Shown piece after piece: positions 11,401 to 22,049 of a stretch of DNA of 64,000 nucleotides. The position numbers and the translations under genes are program-made. How positions within the stretch are numbered: the first letter of the stretch is position 1; each line of letters begins with the position of its first letter. The stretch is from Cyanophora paradoxa CCMP329 (taxonomy: Eukaryota; Plantae; Glaucophyta): NCBI GenBank assembly GCA_004431415.1, contig QPMI01000126.1, positions 1-64,000 of the forward strand, read 5' to 3'. Under the pieces are notes generated by a model, which was not told the origin of the DNA, did not search any database, and was given only the letters and a program-made list of their open reading frames with translations.

Positions 11401-14400
11401 GCCACCGCGAGAGCCCGCCCGCCGCCGCCTTGCTCCCCTTCGCCGACCCCGACCGCACCTCCCGCAGGACGACCCGGCAACCTCGAGCAATGGCGGACGC
11501 TGCTGCGCTCGCACGACGTCGACACGGGCCGGGGCGGGCGCACGCACGGAGCGCGCAAGCGGGGCACCTCGCTTCGGGCTTCCAAAAGTGCGGCGTTCTT
11601 TCCGCGCGCCGAAGCCTGCGTCCGGGCGGACGTCAGCTGCGAGCGCAAACGCGCTGCACCAGCGTGGCGCACGCAGCCACTGCCGTCAGTGCATACCGGC
11701 CGCAAGGGGTAGCGCCGGGACGCCAGCTCGCAGCTGCAGGGAGCCTCGCATGCGCAGCTGGACTCGGGCAGCCCGCAAACGCATCCGCGTCTATGATCAT
11801 GAAGCCTTGAAGGAGAGAAGACGAAGGGCGAGCTGCAGATTCTGCCATCGTCGATCCACGCTGATTTGTCCGCTAGCCTCGATAGCAGCTACTGCTAGGC
11901 TGACCATGCCAAGCTCTTCAGTTCTAGACAGAGAATTTGAAGCGCTGCGACCTGTGCGCGTTAGAAGCTTCAGCCCGAGAAAGGAGCGCTCACAGGCTGA
12001 AGCATGCACTTCGCACCGTCACGGGACTCTCTCGCCTGTCTCCCTCCGCGGCCGACATCAGCAGGCGCGGCAGGCCTAGGTTCGCTGCTGCTGAAAGCCG
12101 CTGCTAAATTTCAAAGCCCCCGGCCGCTCTGTACGTACGTGCTGTCGCCGCGCTTTTGAATTCGATGCCTAGACGTTCTCCGCGCCATATGCATCGCTCG
12201 TGGAGCAGGTGGTGTGAACGTGGGCGGCGGTGGGCCTCGCCGAGTCGGCTCTCGATCGGTGGCTCGTGCACGAGCCACCCCTTTGACCCCCCCTCCTCCT
12301 TCCCCCCCGAGCGGCCTGTGCACAGGCCGCTCGGATTAGACTGTACCCCCACTGGCTCGTGCACGAGCCAGCTCTTTGCCCCCCCCATCCCGCCCCCCCC
12401 CGCCCCCCTAGTGGCCTGTGCACAGGCCACTCGGATGGCACTGTACCCCCTTGCAAAAAAACAGATTGGCCGGTGCAACGGCCAATCCGTCTAAAAAAGG
12501 CTGGTGGGCTCATGCTCGACTCCACAGAGGGCTATATATATTAGGGACGCCGCCGCGACCTTGTTTACAGCATGCACACGAGCGACGGGTGCGTCTGGCT
12601 TCTCTCCCCTTCCCGGCAGGAGTTTCGCGGGCCCGCTGCTGCCGGGCGGGTGAGCTTTCGTAACAGATCGTGCATTGCGACGGGCATCATCACTGATGCG
12701 ACACTGGCGGCATGCATATGCCATGATGATCAGGCCCTCGGCCCTGGGACGAGTGTCAGCACCGCGGCCGCGCGCGGCAAGCGCGGCTCTATATCTGCGT
12801 CCCCCGCGCCGCGAGCTCCTCGATCGGCAGCGCGCCACTCGAGGTCGTCAGTAGCTTGGAAGCCGCTGCGGCAGCTTCAGCGTCGACAGGTCCATGACCA
12901 GGCCGCCGTGATCGTTCTGGTCCACTTCGACGTGCGCGCGCGCGCCGCGCGCGGCGCTTGCCCGGGCGCACACTCGGCAAGAAGCGGGTGCGTTCCAGAT
13001 CTAGAGGAGCATGTGTACAAGCACCCGCTGAAGAGAAGTTGACGCCGCTCGCAGCGGCTCGGCCCCGGAGCCTTCATGTGTTGTCCGCCCCGGCCCGCCC
13101 TCGCGCGATCGGCGCTTCTCAGCCGCCGGTGGTTCCCGGGCCCCGAGGCCCGCTGCTGGTTGAGCGGGGCCCGAGGGACAGGGATGTCTTCGTCGAGGTC
13201 GTCGGCGGCGGAGGCGACGGAAGCGGCAGCTGCTCGGGAGGCGGCGGCCGCGGAGGCCTAGCTATAGGCGGCTCTGGGAGGCGGCGGCGTCGACGGCCGC
13301 AGAGGGCGCCAGCCGGGGCGGGGCGTGCCGGCGCGGACGGCGGCCGCCGCCGCGGCGCCACCCGACGACCACCTGCCCCGGCGCGGACCGCCGCCTCCTC
13401 CGTCCCGCCAGTGCCGTCTTCTCGTCTGCAAACGCTAGCGGACTCGGGCCGGCGCCTCCCGTCGGCCCCGCGGCCGGGCCCCACCCGTTCGGCGATCGGC
13501 GGCTGAGGCGACGCGGAGAGCGACCCCACAGCATATATGCATCCTGCTTGCCAAGTTGGCCGGCGCCCGCCCTCGAGCTCGCCCAGCGGAGCAGGCGCCC
13601 TTGGCGCCGGCCCTAGGCCTAGACTTTTTCTCGAATTCCCAAGCCTTGAAGTTCGCAATTTAAAGCTAGCCATATCTATCGTGTTAACCTTGACTGAGCT
13701 GAGTGTGCAAGACCATGGCCACGCTCCCAGACTGCAGACGTACGCGTGCGGGGACAGGGGCCTCGACCAGCTGCAGCTGCAGATCACGATCGCGAGGCCG
13801 CGGAAGTACTAGTGTTGATTGCTCATCGCTAAGTAAATGCGAATTAGAAGCCGACAACTGCAAGCGGTCTGCGGCTGCCCCACTGGGCGGCGGTTGCGAG
13901 GAATGGGCTCGACAGCGCCTCGGGCCCGGGGCCCGGGGCCCCGCAGGAGATGAGGAGGGACGGGCCCGAGGCGCCGGCGCGGGGCTGGGCGGCCCAGAGC
14001 ATAGGCCCGCCGGGGCAGCAGCGCCGGGGCCCGCACGCCTAGGCCTGCCGCCAGCAGGCGCGCCCGGCCTGGCCTCCGCCGCTGCGCCTGGATCGGCCTG
14101 GGGGACGGCCTGGCCATGGGCCGGAGAAGAGGGAGGCAGGTCGCGGGCACACCGGCGCCACCGCGAGAGCCCGCCCGCCGCCGCCTTGCTCCCCTTCGCC
14201 GACCCCGACCGCACCTCCCGCAGGACGACCCGGCAACCTCGAGCAATGGCGGACGCTGCTGCGCTCGCACGACGTCGACACGGGCCGGGGCGGGCGCACG
14301 CACGGAGCGCGCAAGCGGGGCACCTCGCTTCGGGCTTCCAAAAGTGCGGCGTTCTTTCCGCGCGCCGAAGCCTGCGTCCGGGCGGACGTCAGCTGCGAGC

Positions 14401-17400
14401 GCAAACGCGCTGCACCAGCGTGGCGCACGCAGCCACTGCCGTCAGTGCATACCGGCCGCAAGGGTAGCGCCGGGACGCCAGCTCGCAGCTGCAGGGAGCC
14501 TCGCATGCGCAGCTGGACTCGGGCAGCCCGCAAACGCATCCGCGTCTATGATCATGAAGCCTTGAAGGAGAGAAGACGAAGGGCGAGCTGCAGATTCTGC
14601 CATCGTCGATCCACGCTGATTTGTCCGCTAGCCTCGATAGCAGCTACTGCTAGGCTGACCATGCCAAGCTCTTCAGTTCTAGACAGAGAATTTGAAGCGC
14701 TGCGACCTGTGCGCGTTAGAAGCTTCAGCCCGAGAAAGGAGCGCTCACAGGCTGAAGCATGCACTTCGCACCGTCACGGGACTCTCTCGCCTGTCTCCCT
14801 CCGCGGCCGACATCAGCAGGCGCGGCAGGCCTAGGTTCGCTGCTGCTGAAAGCCGCTGCTAAATTTCAAAGCCCCCGGCCGCTCTGTACGTACGTGCTGT
14901 CGCCGCGCTTTTGAATTCGATGCCTAGACGTTCTCCGCGCCATATGCATCGCTCGTGGAGCAGGTGGTGTGAACGTGGGCGGCGGTGGGCCTCGCCGAGT
15001 CGGCTCTCGATCGGTGGCTCGTGCACGAGCCACCCCTTTGACCCCCCCTCCTCCTTCCCCCCCGAGCGGCCTGTGCACAGGCCGCTCGGATTAGACTGTA
15101 CCCCCCACTGGCTCGTGCACGAGCCAGCTCTTTGCCCCCCCCCATCCCGCCCCCCCCCGCCCCCTAGTGGCCTGTGCACAGGCCACTCGGATGGCACTGT
15201 ACCCCCTTGCAAAAAAACAGATTGGCCGGTGCAACGGCCAATCCGTCTAAAAAAAGGCTGGTGGGCTCATGCTCGACTCCACAGAGGGCTATATATATTA
15301 GGGACGCCGCCGCGACCTTGTTTACAGCATGCACACGAGCGACGGGTGCGTCTGGCTTCTCTCCCCTTCCCCGGCAGGAGTTTCGCGGGCCCGCTGCTGC
15401 CGGGCGGGTGAGCTTTCGTAACAGATCGTGCATTGCGACGGGCATCATCACTGATGCGACACTGGCGGCATGCATATGCCATGATGATCAGGCCCTCGGC
15501 CCTGGGACGAGTGTCAGCACCGCGGCCGCGCGCGGCAAGCGCGGCTCTATATCTGCGTCCCCCGCGCCGCGAGCTCCTCGATCGGCAGCGCGCCACTCGA
15601 GGTCGTCAGTAGCTTGGAAGCCGCTGCGGCAGCTTCAGCGTCGACAGGTCCATGACCAGGCCGCCGTGATCGTTCTGGTCCACTTCGACGTGCGCGCGCG
15701 CGCCGCGCGCGGCGCTTGCCCGGGCGCACACTCGGCAAGAAGCGGGTGCGTTCCAGATCTAGAGGAGCATGTGTACAAGCACCCGCTGAAGAGAAGTTGA
15801 CGCCGCTCGCAGCGGCTCGGCCCCGGAGCCTTCATGTGTTGTCCGCCCCGGCCCGCCCTCGCGCGATCGGCGCTTCTCAGCCGCCGGTGGTTCCCGGGCC
15901 CCGAGGCCCGCTGCTGGTTGAGCGGGGCCCCGAGGGACAGGGATGTCTTCGTCGAGGTCGTCGGCGGCGGAGGCGACGGAAGCGGCAGCTGCTCGGGAGG
16001 CGGCGGCCGCGGAGGCCTAGCTATAGGCGGCTCTGGGAGGCGGCGGCGTCGACGGCCGCAGAGGGCGCCAGCCGGGGCGGGGCGTGCCGGCGCGGACGGC
16101 GGCCGCCGCCGCGGCGCCACCCGACGACCACCTGCCCCGGCGCGGACCGCCGCCTCCTCCGTCCCGCCAGTGCCGTCTTCTCGTCTGCAAACGCTAGCGG
16201 ACTCGGGCCGGCGCCTCCCGTCGGCCCCGCGGCCGGGCCCCACCCGTTCGGCGATCGGCGGCTGAGGCGACGCGGAGAGCGACCCCACAGCATATATGCA
16301 TCCTGCTTGCCAAGTTGGCCGGCGCCCGCCCTCGAGCTCGCCCAGCGGAGCAGGCGCCCTTGGCGCCGGCCCTAGGCCTAGACTTTTTCTCGAATTCCCA
16401 AGCCTTGAAGTTCGCAATTTAAAGCTAGCCATATCTATCGTGTTAACCTTGACTGAGCTGAGTGTGCAAGACCATGGCCACGCTCCCAGACTGCAGACGT
16501 ACGCGTGCGGGGACAGGGGCCTCGACCAGCTGCAGCTGCAGATCACGATCGCGAGGCCGCGGAAGTACTAGTGTTGATTGCTCATCGCTAAGTAAATGCG
16601 AATTAGAAGCCGACAACTGCAAGCGGTCTGCGGCTGCCCCACTGGGCGGCGGTTGCGAGGAATGGGCTCGACAGCGCCTCGGGCCCGGGCCCGGGGCCCC
16701 GCAGGAGATGAGGAGGGACGGGCCCGAGGCGCCGGCGCGGGCTGGGCGGCCCAGAGCATAGGCCCGCCGGGCAGCAGCGCCGGGCCCGCACGCCTAGGCC
16801 TGCCGCCAGCAGGCGCGCCCGGCCTGGCCTCCGCCGCTGCGCCTGGATCGGCCTGGGGACGGCCTGGCCATGGGCCGGAGAAGAGGGAGGCAGGTCGCGG
16901 GCACACCGGCGCCACCGCGAGAGCCCGCCCGCCGCCGCCTTGCTCCCCTTCGCCGACCCCGACCGCACCTCCCGCAGGACGACCCGGCAACCTCGAGCAA
17001 TGGCGGACGCTGCTGCGCTCGCACGACGTCGACACGGGCCGGGGCGGGCGCACGCACGGAGCGCGCAAGCGGGCACCTCGCTTCGGGCTTCCAAAAGTGC
17101 GGCGTTCTTTCCGCGCGCCGAAGCCTGCGTCCGGAAGACGTCAGCTGCGAGCGCAAACGCGCTGCACCAGCGTGGCGCACGCAGCCACTGCCGTCAGTGC
17201 ATACCGGCCGCAAGGGGTAGCGCCGGACGCCAGCTCGCAGCTGCAGGGAGCCTCGCATGCGCAGCTGGACTCGGGCAGCCCGCAAACGCATCCGCGTCTA
17301 TGATCATGAAGCCTTGAAGGAGAGAAGACGAAGGGCGAGCTGCAGATTCTGCCATCGTCGATCCACGCTGATTTGTCCGCTAGCCTCGATAGCAGCTACT

Positions 17401-18678
17401 GCTAGGCTGACCATGCCAAGCTCTTCAGTTCTAGACAGAGAATTTGAAGCGCTGCGACCTGTGCGCGTTAGAAGCTTCAGCCCGAGAAAGGAGCGCTCAC
17501 AGGCTGAAGCATGCACTTCGCACCGTCACGGGACTCTCTCGCCTGTCTCCCTCCGCGGCCGACATCAGCAGGCGCGGCAGGCCTAGGTTCGCTGCTGCTG
17601 AAAGCCGCTGCTAAATTTCAAAGCCCCGGCCGCTCTGTACGTACGTGCTGTCGCCGCGCTTTTGAATTCGATGCCTAGACGTTCTCCGCGCCATATGCAT
17701 CGCTCGTGGAGCAGGTGGTGTGAACGTGGGCGGCGGTGGGCCTCGCCGAGTCGGCTCTCGATCGGTGGCTCGTGCACGAGCCACCCCTTTGACCCCCCTC
17801 CTCCTTCCCCCCGAGCGGCCTGTGCACAGGCCGCTCGGATTAGACTGTACCCCCCACTGGCTCGTGCACGAGCCAGCTCTTTGCCCCCCCCCATCCCGCC
17901 CCCCCCCCCGCCCCCCTAGTGGCCTGTGCACAGGCCACTCGGATGGCACTGTACCCCCTTGCAAACAAAACAGATTGGCCGGTGCAGCGGCCAATCCGTC
18001 TAAAAAAAGGCTGGTGGGCTCATGCTCGACTCCACAGAGTGCTATATTAGGGACGCCGCCGCGACCTTGTTTACAGCATGCGCACGAGCGACGGGTGCGT
18101 CTGGCTTCTCTCCCCTTCCCCGGCAGGAGTTTCGCGGGCCCGCTGCTGCCGGGCGGGTGAGCTTTCGTAACAGATCGTGCATTGCGACGGGCATCGCATC
18201 ATCACTGATGCGACACTGGCGGCATGCATATGCCATGATGATCAGGCCCTCGGCCCTGGGACGAGTGTCAGCACCGCGGCCACGCGCGGCAAGCGCGGCT
18301 CTAGATCTAGATCTGCGTCGACGTCTCCCGCGCCGCGCGCGAGCTCCTCGATCGGCAGCGCGCCACTCGAGGTCGTCAGTAGCTTGCAGCTGAAGCCGCT
18401 GCGGCAGCTTCAGCGTCGACAGGTCCATGACCAGGCCGCCGTGATCGTTCGAATTCTCAGAGTCTGGTCCACTAGTACTGGGCCACTTCGACGTGCGCGC
18501 GCGCCGCGCGCGGCGCTTGCCCGGGCGCACACTCGGCAAGAAGCGGGTGCGTGCCGAATGTAGAGGAGCATGTGTACAAGCACCCGCTGAAGAGACGTTG
18601 ACGCCGCTCGCAGCGGCTCGGCCCCGGAGCCTTCATGTGTACATGTTGTCCGCCCCGGCCCGCCCTCGCGCGATCGGC
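5460..18678. repeat. Tandem macrosatellite, ~2.76 kb unit, about 4.8 copies
   Basis: Anchor GCTGAGTGTGCAAGACCATGG recurs at 5516, 8181, 10942, 13698 and 16457 (periods 2665, 2761, 2756, 2759). Inner copies are near-identical; the first and last are diverged. The ORF track repeats identically with this period. Confidence 0.97.
6737..6969. repeat. Cluster of five TGCA-centred palindromes (A-B-A'-B'-C) in the repeat unit; also at about 9496-9729, 12258-12487, 15013-15243 and 17764-17996
   Basis: GGTGGCTCGTGCACGAGCCACC 6737-6758; CCGAGCGGCCTGTGCACAGGCCGCTCGG 6786-6813; CTGGCTCGTGCACGAGCCAG 6832-6851; AGTGGCCTGTGCACAGGCCACT 6892-6913; imperfect GATTGGCCGGTGCAGCGGCCAATC 6946-6969 flanked by A-tracts. 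Confidence 0.95.
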
Positions 18679-18960
18679 TCAGCGGCTGCCACACTGGGCC
18701 GCCGGGCGGCGGTTGCGATGAATGGGCTCGACAGCCCGCAGCCGGCGCGGCCCCTGGCCATGGGGCCCGGGGCCCCGCAGGAGGGACGGGCCCGAAATAA
18801 AATTGCTCTGATAGGTCCGGCCAGGCAGGAAGGTAGTTGCCCCCCTAGGCCTCTCCACGCGCCGCTGTTTCCAGCGACTCGGCCGGGCCATGAGGAGGGA
18901 CGGGCCCGATCACGAGGCGCAAGGCTGGGCGGGGCTGGGCGGCCACAGCGGACTGGCCTT
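18679..18960. repeat. Degenerate older fragment of the macrosatellite unit
   Basis: GCGGCTGCC..ACTGGGC, GGCGGCGGTTGCGA.GAATGGGCTCGACAGC, GGGCCCGGGGCCCCGCAG and GAGGAGGGACGGGCCCGA match unit sequence at about 5600-5720, interrupted by insertions. Confidence 0.75.
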
Positions 18961-19489
18961 TAAGATTGCATGCATATGGATCCCGGACTGTACATGTGAA
19001 CTGTGAGCAATTGGCGAGGAGCGAGTGCGTTGCAATTGCAGCGCGCCTTGGGGTGGTACGCCCTGTACATGTCCGGATCCCGGAATCGCGAATTTCGAAG
19101 GAGGTGGGCGCGTGCAGTGCCCTGCGGCCGGGTTGCATCTGAGTTACAATAGTTTCTTGTACCAGTGTACATCTACATGTGTTCACCGTGCAACAGAACG
19201 ACACAACTGAAGGGAAGTAAGCTTGTAACTGCAGCTAAGGAGAGAGGGCGAGCAAAGAAGGAGCACATCGAAGAACGGGACAAGGGGACGCCGTGACGGG
19301 TAGGGAAATGTGCCCCGAGGTGTGTTCGCTGGCAGGGGCCTCGTGGCAGAAGAAGAGCTCGAGAACCGAAGAGAGAAGAAGCGAGGCGGGAAAAAGGGAT
19401 CAAAGGCAACCGGAGGCGGGCCGGGGGACAGGGGTCCAGGAGGGGGGCGGGGCGGGGGCGGGGGTGAGGGGCGGGGCGGGGGCGGCGGC

Positions 19490-21960
19490 TCAGGCGCCCT
19501 CGGAGTCGTCGGCGTCCTCCTCGGCGGCGGCCTCCTCGGCCTCGTCGGGGTCGACGCCCCGCGAGAGCTTCTCCACGCGCTCCAGGCCCCGCCGCGCCCC
19601 CGCGTGGAGGGCGTTGAGGGCGAGGGCGGCGTGGTAGTGGCGGATCGCCTCGCCGTACTCGCGCGCCTGCGCCAGCACGTCCGCCAGCTTCACGTGCACC
19701 ACGTCCCGCGTGTGCCGCTCCGCCACCCCGCGCAGCCTGCCCTCCCGCCTCGCCCGGGGCGGCGGGGCGGGGCGGGGCGGGGCGGGGGCGGACAGGTGGA
19801 GGGCGGCGGGGGCGTGGCCCTCGGCGAGGTAGAAGTCGGCGAGGGCGCCGACGGTGTCCAGGTTGTCGGGGTCCAGCTGCAGCGCCCGCTCCAGCATCCC
19901 CCGCGCCTGCGTGCCCCGGGCCCCTGCTCGACGCCCCGCCGGCCCCGGCGGGGCGGGGCGGGGCGGGGCGGGGCGCACCCGCTCGCGGCCGTCCGGGGTG
20001 CGGGAGAGGACGGAGCCGACGAGGGCGAGGGCCACCGGCGCGTTCTTGTTCGGCGCGAGCGAGTTGCGTGCCACCTGTCCCCGCCCCGGGCCCCGCGTTT
20101 GGGGCGGAGGGGGGCGGGGGGCGGGGTTGGGCGGGGCGGGGCGGGGGGCGCACGGTGAGGGCCTCCTTGACCTTGCCGAGGGCCATGTACGCCTCCACGA
20201 GCCCTGCGCCCCGTCAGCCGGCGAGGGGCCGGCCGGGGGCGGGGGCCGGGGGCGCGCCCTTCGCAGAGATCATGTCCTTGCGCAGCGCGTACGCCTTCCT
20301 GCGCCGGAGTCAGGCCGCCGGCGGAGAGCGAGGCGGGCAGCCCGGGCGGGGCGGGGCGGGGACCGGTAGGCGGCGATGGCCTCCTCGTGGCGCTGGCACT
20401 TGAGGAGGAGGCGGCCGCGCAGCATGTGGGCCTGCGCGTTGCGGCCCTCCTCGAGCCCGCTCGCGCGCTCCGCGTACTGGAGCGCCTTCTCCCCGTCCTG
20501 CTTGAGGTCGCAGTAGAGGGCCGCCACGACCCACGGCTCCGCCCGCCGCGCCTCCACCCGCATCGTCTCCCGCGCCAGCCTGCCCGCCCCACCCCGTTGA
20601 GCCGGCGCCACGGCGGGGCGGGGCGGGGCGGGGCGGGGGCGGGCTTGTTGAGCTCGGCGGCGTGGCCGCCGGAGTGGAGGAGGCCGCCGTAGAGGTCCGT
20701 GTCGTCCAGCCGGCAGTCGTCCGCCGCGTGCACCTGCCCGCCCCGCCCGCCTCAGCCCGCCGCGCGGGGCGGCCCAGCGGGGCGGCGCGCGCCTTCTGGA
20801 AGCAGTAGATGGAGTCGTCGAGGCGCCCCATCATCGCCTGGCACTTGGACATCAGCACCAGCGCGTGCGCATTCCCCGGGTACGCCCCCTCCACCGCCTC
20901 GCACGACGCCAGCGCGCCTGCCGCGCGGCTCGGGCCCGGCCGGCGCGGGCGGGCGGGGGTGGGGGCGCGCTTCGGTACTCGTTGCGGGAGAACTGGAGGT
21001 GGGCGCGCAAGAAGGGGAGGAACCAGTCGGGGGCGGCGTCCGTGCAGTCGACGCCCAGCTCCGTCAGCCCGAGCAGCGCCTCCACCGCGTGCGCGTCCTG
21101 CCTGCATCCCGGGGTCGTCCCCGCCCCGCCCCGCCCCGCCCCGCCCCGCCCCGCCCCGCCCCGCCCCGCGCACTTCAAGACCTCCCTGTAGCACGCCGTC
21201 GCCAGCCGCCTGCGCGCGCCCCCGCGTCGGCCGCCTAGCGAGGAGAATGGGCGCGAGAGGTGCCGGGGCGGACGGGTCGACGCTGGTCTGCGCGTAGAGC
21301 TTCGCGAGGAGCATGTTGACGGCGATGGTCCGCGAGCGCTGCGGGATGCTCTCCAGCTGTCCGCCCCAGCGTCAGCGCCGCCGCGCTCCAGCGTAGCTAA
21401 GCGCGCTCCGCGCTCCCGCGCAGCGCACCACCGCCAGGGCCTCGCGCGTGTCCCGCAGCTTAAGGTAACAGTTGCACATTTTGAATTTCACCTCGCTCTC
21501 GAAGGTCGCCGTGCGATCCTGCTGCGGCTGAGCAGACGCGCCGATGCCGGGCTTGATGCCCTTCGTCGGATTCCTCGACAGCTTGCGTGTCTTGAGCGCG
21601 TTGCGGTAGTACAGCTGCGGCCGAAGGGGCTGGACGGGGCGCGACGGCGCCGGGCGGGCGATGCGGGCAACGCACGAGCGCTCTCCTGTACTCTTCCTTG
21701 CCGTACAGCGCGTCCGCGTACATGAGCAGCCAGTCCGATTGCTGCGCGTTCTGATCGGACTGCGGGGAGCCGCTGTTCTTCAGCGTATTCGCGCCGCTGA
21801 GAAGGAATGACCCCTGCAAGCGCATGAGACCGTGTTTCGGGCAACGCAACGCGCGGAGCGGCACCAGGATTTCCGCCGAGCCGAACAGCCCGGCATCGAG
21901 CAGCCGCTGCATTTCCACCTCCAGCCGCCCGCTGAGCTCGTGGAAGCTTGGCGCGGGCAT
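19490..21960 (-). CDS. APC7: Anaphase-promoting complex subunit 7 (TPR protein), multi-exon
   Basis: Spliced translation: MQRLLDAGLFGSAEIL|GSFLLS..YADALYGKEEYRRAL|LYYRNAL..EVKFKMCNCYLKL..LESIPQRSRTIAVNMLLAKLY..TPR repeats..KLADVLAQAREYGEAIRHYHAALALNALHAGARRGLERVEKLSRGVDPD plus an acidic tail, matching plant/animal APC7. ATG at 21960, TGA at 19490. Confidence 0.88.
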
Positions 21961-22049
21961 TGCAGATGCTCGGGGGAGGCACAGGGCGGTCGTGCAGAGC
22001 CTGCCAGAGCCGCTGGCAGAGCGGCCGAGGGGGATACCGTCGTTCGAAA

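Noticed and set aside
16680-17820. Many 1-bp deletions in copy 5 as biological decay
   Set aside because: Almost all shorten G/C homopolymers, typical of long-read consensus error, unlike the multi-base palindromic insertions at 18190-18650.
5460-18678. Tandem array as rDNA, 5S, snRNA or CRISPR array
   Set aside because: No rRNA, snRNA or tRNA signature was recognised. Whole units are identical with no unique spacers, there are no cas genes, and the context is eukaryotic.
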